A stretch of DNA of 52,712 nucleotides from a virus (lineage: Duplodnaviria; Caudoviricetes): positions 1 to 52,712 of the IMG/VR virus record IMGVR_UViG_3300021520_000236; one strand, 5' to 3'. The position numbers were made by a program, and so were the translations under genes. Under the pieces are notes generated by a model, which made no database searches, was not told where the DNA came from, and worked only from the letters and a program-made list of their open reading frames with translations. Each line of letters opens with the position of its first letter. Positions within the stretch are counted from its first letter, which is position 1. Below are positions 27,774 through 36,937 of the stretch, one piece after another.

Positions 27774-28454
27774 ATGAGCGCGAAAAAAAATTCGGACGCA
27801 CACAAAAACGCGAAAACTCCCGCATTCCTCGGAGATTCACAGCTGTGTATCCCGCTCCCCGGATCGACAATGCAGAAGAATTACTACGGGATCGACGTTC
27901 TCAACCGACAGTTTTCCTGCCCGAGATCAGAGGTAGGAAATTCAATTCCACCCAAAGCGTCTTCCGACTTCTTTTATCCGAACCTTTGCGCGACCGGAAA
28001 CTACAGCGTGAACGAAGGTGAGGGGCTGATGACAACGATCAGCGTCGAATACAAAGGATTGCTGAACAACTTCATCCCCGATCCGCTCATCACTTACGGC
28101 ATGGGGACCGGCCAGACCTCTGCGACCAATGGGGACACCGGAGACGCCGAAACTCAGCGGACGTGGGAGATCGTCTTTTATTCCCCGACCGCGACCTACC
28201 GCTATATCACGAACGGGAAGCCGATCGGACCAAAGTTTTCCACATACGCAGGCGGGGCTGTCGCAAGCCCGACAATCCAGACCCAATCCATTACCGACGG
28301 CACCGGGCGCCGCAGGATCAGCGCCCCCACCATCGCACTGCAAGTCATCGGCCAGCTCGCAGGCTTCAATGCCTCGCCCGTCGCCGGGACTCCCTACTAC
28401 GAATGCGACGAGACCTGGAGAGGGGTTTACATCCTCGTCCCATCTGGCGCATGA
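27774..28454 (+). CDS. Tail tip / distal tail protein
   Basis: Follows tape measure; beta-rich. Confidence 0.55.
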   Translation: MSAKKNSDAHKNAKTPAFLGDSQLCIPLPGSTMQKNYYGIDVLNRQFSCPRSEVGNSIPPKASSDFFYPNLCATGNYSVNEGEGLMTTISVEYKGLLNNFIPDPLITYGMGTGQTSATNGDTGDAETQRTWEIVFYSPTATYRYITNGKPIGPKFSTYAGGAVASPTIQTQSITDGTGRRRISAPTIALQVIGQLAGFNASPVAGTPYYECDETWRGVYILVPSGA

Positions 28455-29170
28455 CCTTCGATACCTCCAAAATCAAAGGCCCCAAATGGCTCAAGCAGGC
28501 GTTTTCGGACGTTGACGCGAAGATCGAAGCCAACAAGCCGATCAGCGGGATCGGCACGCAGGTTTTCGACTCGGCCGGCGGTCGGCCAATCAATTCGGTT
28601 GGCAGGGGAGTGGGAGCATCCGCGGGAGGATATTTCCCGTTCCAGGTGATCGCCGCCGGCCAAAACCTCGGCATCTCCCCGGCCAGCTCGCTGTTCAAAA
28701 ATCTCAAAGGCGAGACCATCCCCATCACCGGACTCCTCGCGGACGAGACCAATATGTCCGACCCCGGCTGGTTCGCATGTCCAGCCATCGGCAAAAAAAT
28801 CTGGCTGCAGATCGGCACCTGTGCCAGCAGCGGGGCCGCTCCCCGCCCGCTCGCGCTCACCGCTGCCACTACCCAGATCCGCTCCGGCGCGGTCGGCTCA
28901 ACTCTCTGGGATGAATACCCCGACCCGATTTCCATCAACAGCGATGATCCAACAAAGCCATTTCAAGAATTTTACAACCTCCTCATCGCCGAAATCACCG
29001 ATCCAGAAGTTGATCCGCGCCCATCATCCCTCGTCGTCACCGTCGGAGAGGAAAGGCGACAGATCACGCAATGCTGGTGCCGCGATATACTTGCGGTCAC
29101 TTGGCTGGTCAATGGGGCACTCTGCTTTGTCCCGGTTGATCCATCCCCGGACTATAAGCCGACAGCATGA
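28451..29170 (+). CDS. Tail tip protein
   Basis: PFQV motif; ATGA coupling. Confidence 0.55.
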   Translation: MTFDTSKIKGPKWLKQAFSDVDAKIEANKPISGIGTQVFDSAGGRPINSVGRGVGASAGGYFPFQVIAAGQNLGISPASSLFKNLKGETIPITGLLADETNMSDPGWFACPAIGKKIWLQIGTCASSGAAPRPLALTAATTQIRSGAVGSTLWDEYPDPISINSDDPTKPFQEFYNLLIAEITDPEVDPRPSSLVVTVGEERRQITQCWCRDILAVTWLVNGALCFVPVDPSPDYKPTA

Positions 29171-29991
29171 GCGATTACCTGTGCGTGCCATTTCCAGAAT
29201 TTAGGGCGTTCCCTTTTGCGATCCCTAAGAAAACGGAAACGGATTATGGCATCCCCATTTCGCTAGCAACGGCCATAAAGTTTTTTTGGCGGGTGAAGAC
29301 ATGGGAAATTGTAAGGCCGTCATGGATGCCCGAGTATTGGGTAGGAGACATATCGGGACCGCACATCCCCGATGCCGTGCCGGAACAAAGGGAGAGTTAT
29401 TCCGCAGGGACACTAACAGCCGATTATGTGCCCGATCCAGAAAACCCCGAATCATATTTATACACCGCCACGGCACAGCAGTTATCCGGCGAAAGATTCC
29501 TTATGACACAAGGGGCGGCAAGGTTCATATTCCCTTGGTCGGGGCCGGTAGGATACCTATACGCATCATCGGTTGGCATTACAGATTTGAACATCGGTTT
29601 TGATATGCAACTCAAAAGGGATGAAACGGGGAACCTGTTCATTTCCATAATCGGACTGGATTCGGTAATCCCCATACTCACATACGGTTTTCAAAACATA
29701 CCCGGTTCGGAATTTTCAACCCCCGACATTTCGGTGGATGAGACAACCGGAATAATCACGTTAGGCGTTGCATATTTGAGCGGCGGAAGAATCCCTTCCC
29801 CTTGGGAAAACGGACACTACGTTGATCCGGTAGGCCCATTCCTAGAGACATCAATAGCCAGAAGCCCCGATATGTTTGATTTCCTTTTACCGCTAACGCT
29901 TTCCCCTAAAGAGTTCTGGCCCTACAAGAACAGCGCGGGGGATTCCGTATGGGACACCGGAACCGGAAATCTGATTACTCCGGTGTCTTGA
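29167..29991 (+). CDS. Tail-associated protein with AT-richer interior
   Basis: FWRVKTW near N-terminus, EFWPY...WDT.TG near C-terminus. Confidence 0.55.
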   Translation: MSDYLCVPFPEFRAFPFAIPKKTETDYGIPISLATAIKFFWRVKTWEIVRPSWMPEYWVGDISGPHIPDAVPEQRESYSAGTLTADYVPDPENPESYLYTATAQQLSGERFLMTQGAARFIFPWSGPVGYLYASSVGITDLNIGFDMQLKRDETGNLFISIIGLDSVIPILTYGFQNIPGSEFSTPDISVDETTGIITLGVAYLSGGRIPSPWENGHYVDPVGPFLETSIARSPDMFDFLLPLTLSPKEFWPYKNSAGDSVWDTGTGNLITPVS

Positions 29992-30022
29992 CCCTCCTTA
30001 TTTTTGACACAACCCCACATTT

Positions 30023-32524
30023 ATGAGCCTCTCCGCAGTCCGATTGATCGCTAATATCGCCAGCCCGGACAAAACCGGGCTTCTTGATTCGTTTTTCTCC
30101 CAGCGCCCAGCATCACAGGGGCTTTATTTCCGGGGGGACAAGAACCGCGTCGAATTTTACCCCGTTTCCCCCGCCGATGGCAGCGCGACCATGTTCTGGC
30201 TGCCCGAGGTAATCGACCCGTCCCATCTCTCGCTCGGGATCGGAGATGCCGACAAGCCGGCAGAAAGCGGAACATTTTCCCTCGCGTATAGCGGCAGTTC
30301 TACCGCGCTGACCGGTCTCAGCTATGCGGTGGACGCCGCAACCCTACAGTCGGCACTCAATGCCAATACGGCCATCGCCGCGCTGCCCGACACCGTTGCA
30401 GTGTCATTGCTGGCAACCGGCGTTTACCAGGTCGCATTTCAAGCAGTCGGGGCACGGTCGCTCCTGACCGGAGACCCGACCGGGCTACTCCCCGAGTGCA
30501 ACGTGTTTGTTTCCAGACTGCAAACCGGAAGCGCGACCACGAAAGAGATCCAGATCATCCAGATCGTTCAGCGCCCATACGTTTACGTTTCCTCATGGTC
30601 CGCGACTTCCGGCCCATCAGCCGCCGTCACGACAATCCAGACCGGAACAGTCAGCGTGGCCGCGATGTTCGAGGTCGAGATTTCCCCGCTCCCGTATGCC
30701 GGATCATTCACCGTGGCGGGGTCTTCCCCGTTGGCCTACAACGGGACGCAGGACGATTGGCAGACCGCACTTGGAACCGGATGGAATGTCGTCAAGACAG
30801 GAGAGGCGCAATTTACGCTTTCTCGCACTACTGTTGGCGTTTACGCGATCACATCTGCCGACATCAATGTTTCTGGATTGAGCGTGTTTTCCGGACTTTA
30901 CGGGACACTCGCATTCAATGCGGCAACCCTTTTCAAACGGTTCATGTCCGAGCCGACCGGAGAGTTTTCTACCACGCTCGAAGTGACATACGATGACGGA
31001 ACCGTCCGATCTGTCCTATTGCACGTCCCGGTCACGCTCACGAAAGAAATCCTTTCCGCCGGATCTCTTTCCCCGTCGAACTGGAACGGTGGATTTTACA
31101 CGAAAACCGAAAGCGACGCGCGTTTCGCCCCGATCTCGGCAACGGACATCAAACTAACAGTCCCCAACCAATCCGCCCTCCTCGCCCTTACCCTAGCCGA
31201 CGTGCAAAACGGCGACTTCGTTTTGCAGAGCGACACGAACGTGCTCTACGAAGTGACCGACCAATCCGCGCTCGGGACAGCCGGGGCGTTTACCGCTCTT
31301 GCCACAGTCACATGGGATCAGGTGACGGGGAAGCCGACGAGCTTCGCTCCTGTTGCCCACAAGTCAACCCACGCCACAGGCGGCAGCGATGCGCTGGCAC
31401 CCAGTGACATCGGGGCGGTTCCAACATCGCGCACCATCAACGGCGTTGACCTCTCCGCCAACCGCACGCTCAACGACATCGGCGCGGCATCTGTCCGGCT
31501 CATCAAAACCACGAATTTTACCGCCGACATCAACGGGCGATACACTGTGGCCGGAACGGCGACAGTGACCGACCCCAGCGGCACCACCAGCGGCCAGATA
31601 TACAGCGTCGTGATCGGCAGCGGGACCGCTACCATCGGCGGCGTGGCCTACGCCCCGAGCCGCGTGGAGGTGATACGGTATTACAATGGCAGCGCGTGGA
31701 CGACTCTCAGCCCGACGTTTTCCGATAACTTAACGCTCAATGGCACCGGCAATCTTGCGCCAAATCAAACGTCGGCGAGCGCATCGTCTTTAATGACTCG
31801 GAGTCTATGCGACACTCGCTACCAGTCAACCGCTCCGCTTTTCCGAAAATTTAATGCCGATATTATTTATCCAATCGGGCTATACGCGGTCACCGGAGGC
31901 ATTCTGACAAACGGGGGAAATACAATTTTCAATTCTGGGATGAGGCAAATTCAAGCAACCTCGACAGCAAATTCCACAGCACTATTAATATTTCCAGGAA
32001 TAATCACCAACACATCAGGGAACACTGATTTTTCTTATGGGTGGACGGGATTCAGCGTAATAATGAGCCTGCCGTACCGCGAGGGATGTACGACTCGCGT
32101 TGGCATTGGAGGAGTTCTGACAGCCGATACCGTCATGCCGGTTGGCTCGATGAACTGTCGCGGAATGGCCATCGAATTTCAGATGAGTTCCTCCGTGCTG
32201 CAATGGCGGATGATTACGGAAAACGACAGCGGAACCGAGAATATAACGTCGTGGGCTGGAATCGGCGCACTCGCATTATTTTACGAAATTGCAGTTTTTG
32301 TGAATAACGCAACTGCTTACGCGCTTGTCCGTCCCATTACTGCCGATGTGTCAACTGTCCCGACCTGGACGGTAAATGCGTCGCTTTCAGGTTGCACGGC
32401 CGGAATTGTGGCTGGGATGGTTGGGTGCATGGTTGGCGTTGTAAATAACGGCGGAGCGGCTGGAAGCTGCTCCGCGCAAATTCACGCACTCACGTTCTTT
32501 CACACTCAAAACGATCCTCGATGA
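30023..32524 (+). CDS. Tail fibre / receptor-binding protein
   Basis: 833 aa, S/T/A/G-rich; YTKTESDARF, W..V.GKP..F.P..H...H..GG.D, VP.SRTING..L fibre motifs. Confidence 0.85.
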   Translation: MSLSAVRLIANIASPDKTGLLDSFFSQRPASQGLYFRGDKNRVEFYPVSPADGSATMFWLPEVIDPSHLSLGIGDADKPAESGTFSLAYSGSSTALTGLSYAVDAATLQSALNANTAIAALPDTVAVSLLATGVYQVAFQAVGARSLLTGDPTGLLPECNVFVSRLQTGSATTKEIQIIQIVQRPYVYVSSWSATSGPSAAVTTIQTGTVSVAAMFEVEISPLPYAGSFTVAGSSPLAYNGTQDDWQTALGTGWNVVKTGEAQFTLSRTTVGVYAITSADINVSGLSVFSGLYGTLAFNAATLFKRFMSEPTGEFSTTLEVTYDDGTVRSVLLHVPVTLTKEILSAGSLSPSNWNGGFYTKTESDARFAPISATDIKLTVPNQSALLALTLADVQNGDFVLQSDTNVLYEVTDQSALGTAGAFTALATVTWDQVTGKPTSFAPVAHKSTHATGGSDALAPSDIGAVPTSRTINGVDLSANRTLNDIGAASVRLIKTTNFTADINGRYTVAGTATVTDPSGTTSGQIYSVVIGSGTATIGGVAYAPSRVEVIRYYNGSAWTTLSPTFSDNLTLNGTGNLAPNQTSASASSLMTRSLCDTRYQSTAPLFRKFNADIIYPIGLYAVTGGILTNGGNTIFNSGMRQIQATSTANSTALLIFPGIITNTSGNTDFSYGWTGFSVIMSLPYREGCTTRVGIGGVLTADTVMPVGSMNCRGMAIEFQMSSSVLQWRMITENDSGTENITSWAGIGALALFYEIAVFVNNATAYALVRPITADVSTVPTWTVNASLSGCTAGIVAGMVGCMVGVVNNGGAAGSCSAQIHALTFFHTQNDPR

Positions 32525-32922
32525 AAACCCTACGCCTCGTCATTTTTACCCCGTCCCAAAACGTCGCGGCCCGTTACTGGGAGGAGGACGGATTCCGCCG
32601 CAACGACCAGCTCCAAATCTCAGCGCTAGCGCCCGACCAGCAGGCGGTCGTGGCAGGCGCGATGGGCTGGGCAGAATCGAAACTTCCAGAAGGCTTCACG
32701 GTTCTCGAAAGCGTCGAACTCCGCCGCGAGGCCGACGTGCCGACAGCATGGAGCACGCCCGCCACGCCGGACGAACAGCCGCAGCCGACCGCCTTTGGTC
32801 CGTCGTTCGTTGCTTCAATCACCGGCCACGGCCCACTCGGCCAGCAATCGGTCGAGATCCACAGCGACCAGAGTCCTGTGTTCTTGGCTCTGGAAGCGCT
32901 TTGGGAGCAGTTTTCAACTTAA
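32521..32922 (+). CDS. Putative tail fibre assembly / accessory protein
   Basis: Coupled downstream of the fibre gene. Confidence 0.5.
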   Translation: MKTLRLVIFTPSQNVAARYWEEDGFRRNDQLQISALAPDQQAVVAGAMGWAESKLPEGFTVLESVELRREADVPTAWSTPATPDEQPQPTAFGPSFVASITGHGPLGQQSVEIHSDQSPVFLALEALWEQFST

Positions 32923-32954
32923 CCTCAGAGCCGCAAGGCTAGAAGACCAAACTG

Positions 32955-33521
32955 ATGCCAGATGAGCAACGACCAGACCGTTACGACGATGCCCATGAGT
33001 GGAGGAGAGCCACTGACCAGCAGATTACATCCCTGCGTGGAGCGGTGTCCAGTTTGGAGACGGGACAGGCAAAGGTTCAGTCTGGTTTAGACTACCTCAC
33101 CAATACCGTAAATAATGCGGTGACTGTGTTCCAGCAGACGGCGAAGCCAAAGGAAACTCAGTGGGGAGTGCTGATCTCCCTCCTTGCACTCATAACCATC
33201 ATCGCTGGCGGATTTACGAAGCTCACGACCGATCCGATAACGTTCACCCAAGAATCAAACGTCAGGAGGATTCAGGCTTTGGAGGATACGGATGCGGTAT
33301 TCGCCAAGTTCGCTGGTGCTTCCGAAGCATGGCGGGAGGGCGCACGGCGGGAACTGGATCGCCTTTGGGAACACGCGCAGCAAGCGGAAACGGATCACGT
33401 TTCAATGGTAGATCCCACGGCATACGCTCGCGGGAGACAGGACGCTTATGAAGGCCGTCTGAACAGGCTCTCTCAGCGACTCGAAAAACTCGGTGAACGA
33501 ACTTACGCCGCAAAGCCATGA
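32955..33521 (+). CDS. Coiled-coil single-TM protein of the lysis region
   Basis: Coil-TM(WGVLISLLALITIIAGGF)-coil. Confidence 0.6.
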   Translation: MPDEQRPDRYDDAHEWRRATDQQITSLRGAVSSLETGQAKVQSGLDYLTNTVNNAVTVFQQTAKPKETQWGVLISLLALITIIAGGFTKLTTDPITFTQESNVRRIQALEDTDAVFAKFAGASEAWREGARRELDRLWEHAQQAETDHVSMVDPTAYARGRQDAYEGRLNRLSQRLEKLGERTYAAKP

Positions 33522-33690
33522 GCAATTTCGACCGTTTCCTTGTCGGTATTTCCGCAGCAGCATCTTTTGTTGCGGCACTTGCTGGACTGATGCTTCTACT
33601 AAAGCCATGAAATGCCCGAACCTGATTATTGCCCTCATCTGCCTACTTTCTTTTGCGGTCGGCGCGACATCTCAAACCCTCTTTGCCTGA

Positions 33691-33948
33691 ATGAATCCCG
33701 CCGACCTACTCTGCCAAGACCGCCAAGCGGAGGGCAACTGTCCGATGCAGAGAGTATTCCTGCGGCACGGAATCCATCCGACATCTATCCGTCGGGGAAT
33801 GACATACCAGGCTAGGCTCGCACTGGCGTTTCTGGCCGGGTTGATCGCCCTCGCAGTTGCTTGTTTCGCCATGTTCCTGATCACATCTGCTATCCAGAAC
33901 CCGCAGTATCCAGACATCATCGCAACTCAGCCACAAATCCAAAAATGA
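33691..33948 (+). CDS. Small membrane protein
   Basis: One long hydrophobic helix; stop overlaps next start. Confidence 0.45.
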   Translation: MNPADLLCQDRQAEGNCPMQRVFLRHGIHPTSIRRGMTYQARLALAFLAGLIALAVACFAMFLITSAIQNPQYPDIIATQPQIQK

Positions 33949-34439
33949 AAACCCGCAATCTACTCCTTGCCGTTTGTCTTTGCTTCTCACTTTCGGCCTG
34001 TCAGACCCCTTTCGGAAAATCCGTCTCCGCGTGGTGGGCAAAACCGGCGACACAGCAGGGGGTCGCCTGCGCGGAGGAGGCGGCAACCCAGTTCGCCGTC
34101 AACGCCGCCCTGGCCGCTCTCCAGCAGTGGGCGGGCGGAGGAAAGTTGAACTACCAGCAGATCGCGCTCCAAGGCGGTATCTCCACCCTCTACATGCAGG
34201 CCAGCAACATCCGCCAGCTTCAAGGGACCAGCTTAGTTCTCGATCCGGTTGCCACGGCGCAACTACTACAGCAAGGAGGAACGCCAGAAGAAATCAGCCG
34301 CAAGCTCGCCACTGAACTCGTCGCCAACGCCAACGCCCTCATTCTTCAAACCGGGATCACCCCGAGTCAGGCCGCCGAGATCAATGCAGCGGCATTGGAT
34401 AAATCCGCCGTCGTCGTCAAAACCATCACCACGCCATGA
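33945..34439 (+). CDS. Lipoprotein (possible spanin-like component)
   Basis: MKTRNLLLAVCLCFSLSAC lipobox. Confidence 0.7.
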   Translation: MKTRNLLLAVCLCFSLSACQTPFGKSVSAWWAKPATQQGVACAEEAATQFAVNAALAALQQWAGGGKLNYQQIALQGGISTLYMQASNIRQLQGTSLVLDPVATAQLLQQGGTPEEISRKLATELVANANALILQTGITPSQAAEINAAALDKSAVVVKTITTP

Positions 34440-34756
34440 ACGCAATCAAAGCATTTTTCGTCAGCAAGCTCGGCAGCATCCTCACACCGATCATCGCGGG
34501 CGTTGTCGCCGTGGCAGTCACAAAGATCGCGGCACTCGATCCGAACCTCGCCAGCGCAATCGACCAGAACGCCGTGACGGGATGGATCGTCCTCGCCGTG
34601 ATCTCCGTCATCAACTACCTCACGAACAAGCAGAGTGCGGACGGCATCAAATCCATCCAAGCACTCGTCAACACCAAGCAGGACGGCGTTGCCGGACCCG
34701 TGACCTATACGGAGGTCAGGAAGGCCATTGCCGTGGCTCCTGTGACCCTTCCGTGA
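34436..34756 (+). CDS. Holin-like 2-TM protein with C-terminal peptidoglycan-binding-like motif
   Basis: Two TM helices; IQALVNTKQDGVAGPVT. Confidence 0.65.
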   Translation: MNAIKAFFVSKLGSILTPIIAGVVAVAVTKIAALDPNLASAIDQNAVTGWIVLAVISVINYLTNKQSADGIKSIQALVNTKQDGVAGPVTYTEVRKAIAVAPVTLP

Positions 34757-34922
34757 ACGATAGGGAGATCATGGAAGCAGCGATCCGTCACATGGGCGAC
34801 AAGCCGGTTCCCGCCCAAGACGACCGGCCATTTTTGGTTCGCCTGTTCGCCAGCCTCCGCGCAAAGCTCATCGGGCCAGCCAACAAGCCAACCGGCATCG
34901 AGATAACGGGAGGGACCGACTT

Positions 34923-35309
34923 TTGAAACACATCGTCATGGCTTCTTCGTTTGCGGACCCCGCCGATGTCGCCGCGTTCCGCCGCTGCAAGGCCAAGGGC
35001 ATGTCGGACATCGAGGCGTTCCGATTCGGCGACAATGCCATAGGCCGATGGGGAGACTCGACGGCAGAGGGATCTGGTCCGTCGTGCGCTCTGCCGCCAG
35101 AGGATTGGAAACCGCTTGGCGACAAGGCCCATCTTGCCAAGGTGCGGGTTTTTTCAAACGGGAAAGAGGTTGTCTGTCTTCTTAAGGACACAATGCCTGC
35201 ACGCGCCCACATCACGAATAAATGCGGGATAGACCTGAATCCTGATGCGTGCGAGGCGCTCGGGCTGCATCCGCCTGTATTGACGGCGGCTACTTGGGAG
35301 TGGGTTTAA
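34923..35309 (+). CDS. RlpA-like double-psi beta-barrel protein; candidate endolysin
   Basis: ASSF, CAL, VRV..NGKEV....D..P, IDL.P.A...LG. Confidence 0.65.
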   Translation: MKHIVMASSFADPADVAAFRRCKAKGMSDIEAFRFGDNAIGRWGDSTAEGSGPSCALPPEDWKPLGDKAHLAKVRVFSNGKEVVCLLKDTMPARAHITNKCGIDLNPDACEALGLHPPVLTAATWEWV

Positions 35310-35741
35310 TCCCAGCATCCTCCTGCGCCATGTCGCAAGCAGCCGCAAGGAACATGATCGCCGCTTTGTGCTGGCCGTCCTTGTTGGCGATGGTCGCGCA
35401 GGAAATGGCCGATGACAGAATTTCTTGTCCGGTGACCTTGGCGCGACCTTTGATGATCTCCTCAACCTGCTTGCGTTCTTCCGGCCAGCGAGTGCCGTAA
35501 AGGTCGCGCATGGTAGGTGTCCCTGACCGCCGACGTTCTGCATATAAGAATTGTGTTCCTCGCGTGGTTTCCCAAAATGTTGTTCCGCGCATTTTCGGCA
35601 GTAAAATTCTCCGCAATAGAGGCACCGATACGCGAATCGAAGCCCTATCGTCTTGCCGCAATGACACGTTACATGTGCTCCCATGATTCCTGCTTGTAGG
35701 AACTGCGCTGCTACCCTTTCCCGTTTTGATGAAGTCGGCAT
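35154..35741 (-). CDS. Cys-rich zinc-finger protein reading into S0 (C-terminal extension probably due to the lost stop)
   Basis: CHC...CLYC....C..C...H then NVGGQG. Confidence 0.5.
   Translation of the reverse strand: MPTSSKRERVAAQFLQAGIMGAHVTCHCGKTIGLRFAYRCLYCGEFYCRKCAEQHFGKPREEHNSYMQNVGGQGHLPCATFTALAGRKNASRLRRSSKVAPRSPDKKFCHRPFPARPSPTRTASTKRRSCSLRLLATWRRRMLGLNPLPSSRRQYRRMQPERLARIRIQVYPAFIRDVGACRHCVLKKTDNLFPV
35290..35511 (-). CDS. Hypothetical protein, last gene of arm B, converging on the lysin
   Basis: MRDLYGTRWPEE...; 3' overlap with lysin. Confidence 0.45.
   Translation of the reverse strand: MRDLYGTRWPEERKQVEEIIKGRAKVTGQEILSSAISCATIANKDGQHKAAIMFLAAACDMAQEDAGIKPTPK
35517..35541 (+). 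repeat. attC-like half site S0 (L'-R' only)
   Basis: CCCTGACCGCCGAC-GTTCTGC; GTTCTGCAT complements ATGCAGAAC at 36014-36022. Confidence 0.65.
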
Positions 35742-35853
35742 TTATCGTGTGGGCTTGAGAAGCAGGACCACGAGCGTCCAGAAGATCAGGAAGAGGCTCC
35801 AGTCTATCGCGTGCAGGAGCTTCAAGGCTTCGGTGATTTGTTCCGGCGTCATA

Positions 35854-36072
35854 CTACGAAGAGAATTGCAGGATTCCGTCGATCAGCAGGAACGGTTGCG
35901 CCCACCATTGATCTTGGTTTCGATCCAAGAACGTGTGGCCGTCGGCCTTCATCTGCTTGTGGGTTTCGTTGAGGTAGTCCGGCCTATAGGTGGCGCTGGT
36001 CGCGCATCCCGAAATGCAGAACAAGGCGAGGCAGCTAATCGCCGCCAGCCCGGTGTTGAATTTACGTTTCAT
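35854..36072 (-). CDS. Small lipoprotein with signal peptide encoded by attC S1
   Basis: MKRKFNTGLAAISCLALFCISGC. Confidence 0.6.
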   Translation of the reverse strand: MKRKFNTGLAAISCLALFCISGCATSATYRPDYLNETHKQMKADGHTFLDRNQDQWWAQPFLLIDGILQFSS

Positions 36073-36130
36073 TTTACGAGTTCCCTTTCACTGTTTTTGG
36101 TTGTGCCGCGTCGGGCGGCGATTGCTGCTC
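36016..36130 (+). repeat. attC-like site S1 (R' end deleted)
   Basis: GCAGAAC-AAGGC-GAGGCAGCTAATCGCCGCC ... GGCGGCGATTGCTGCTC. Confidence 0.7.
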
Positions 36131-36161
36131 TTAATTATTTTTGCATGAGCGAAAAATATCT

Positions 36162-36252
36162 TGAGAACAAGGCCGTTCAGAGAACGGCGGGGCGACACAA
36201 CTTTCGATTTCACGCCTCATCCTCCCGCCGTCCCTGACGGCCAGCGTTCGCA
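36162..36252 (+). repeat. attC-like site S2
   Basis: TGAGAAC...GGCCGTTCAGAGAACGGCGGG / CCCGCCGTCCCTGACGGCC...GTTCGCA; two extra bases in left arm. Confidence 0.88.
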
Positions 36253-36545
36253 GAATATATGCGCCCCCTACGGACTCCTCGCGGGTAGATCAGCACGATT
36301 TTTGTCGGCATGAACTCCGCGTTTAAGGGCAGCCATTTCCGGCTTTTGATTTTGTGGGCACCGTAAACGTGCCAGTGATTCGGTCCCATTTGCAGAGGCT
36401 CGCCCCAGAAAATTCCGGCATCCTTCCAGCGGCGCATTGTTTCCGGCCCGTTGGCTCTGATGATCCGCATTCTTGAAATATCGTGCGAACAATCCGGTGC
36501 AGGAAATCGCTGGCCGGTGGGTGTTGAGATGGAGCGAGTCGTCAT
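36210..36545 (-). CDS. Cassette-borne hypothetical protein
   Basis: Starts in S3 loop, stops in S2 loop. Confidence 0.6.
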   Translation of the reverse strand: MTTRSISTPTGQRFPAPDCSHDISRMRIIRANGPETMRRWKDAGIFWGEPLQMGPNHWHVYGAHKIKSRKWLPLNAEFMPTKIVLIYPRGVRRGRIYSANAGRQGRREDEA

Positions 36546-36604
36546 ATCAGTGTGTTTTCGGTTCCGCCGTGCCAGCCAGCGATTTCTGACCGGCAGCGTT
36601 CGCA
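36484..36604 (+). repeat. attC-like site S3
   Basis: TGCGAAC...CCGGTGCAGGAAATCGCTGGC / GCCAGCGATTTCTGACCGG...GTTCGCA. Confidence 0.9.
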
Positions 36605-36858
36605 GGAATATCCTCCGGTTCGTAGGTCGCAGCGAAGATGTCTGGCTTGCACGGATAAAACTCTCCCTTCACTCCCTTGATGATCCAGTCGCCAATAGAT
36701 GCTGTCATTACGCCTTCAAGAGTTGGAATAAACACGCCTTGCGTGTCGCTGAATGCGATGTGTTCAAGCCCCATGAATGCAAGAATTTCTGATCTGCTAT
36801 CGGTGGTTCCGTTGTATTGGATTGCTTCGATGACTACTGGTTTTTTGCGGTATCTCAT
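36547..36858 (-). CDS. Widespread phage protein (PGDYG-like family), cassette-borne
   Basis: YRKKPVVIEA.Q, IPTLEG.M.A..GDWIIKGVKGEFYPCKPDIF..TYE. Confidence 0.88.
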   Translation of the reverse strand: MRYRKKPVVIEAIQYNGTTDSRSEILAFMGLEHIAFSDTQGVFIPTLEGVMTASIGDWIIKGVKGEFYPCKPDIFAATYEPEDIPANAAGQKSLAGTAEPKTH

Positions 36859-36884
36859 ATTATTGGTTGCGGGTTAAAAATCAC

Positions 36885-36937
36885 TGCGAACAAGTCAGTG
36901 GGCCGAATCCTTCGGATCGGCCACTTTTGCGTTAGCC
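36885..36937 (+). repeat. attC-like site S4 (minimal, 53 bp)
   Basis: TGCGAAC-AAGTC-AGTGGGCCGAATCC-TTC-GGATCGGCCACT-TTTGC-GTTAGCC. Confidence 0.88.

Noticed and set aside
17281-30009. TTTGACAC as an ordinary sigma70 -35 or sigma54 -24 box
   Set aside because: No consistent -10 or TTGC element follows, and start codons fall where the spacer would be.
30023-32922. Diversity-generating retroelement or invertible fibre cassette
   Set aside because: No reverse transcriptase, template/variable repeat pair or invertase in the window.
35290-35520. attR duplicate of either tRNA at the arm junction
   Set aside because: No match to the 3' end of tRNA-Asn or tRNA-Gly was seen; a very short core could have been missed by eye.
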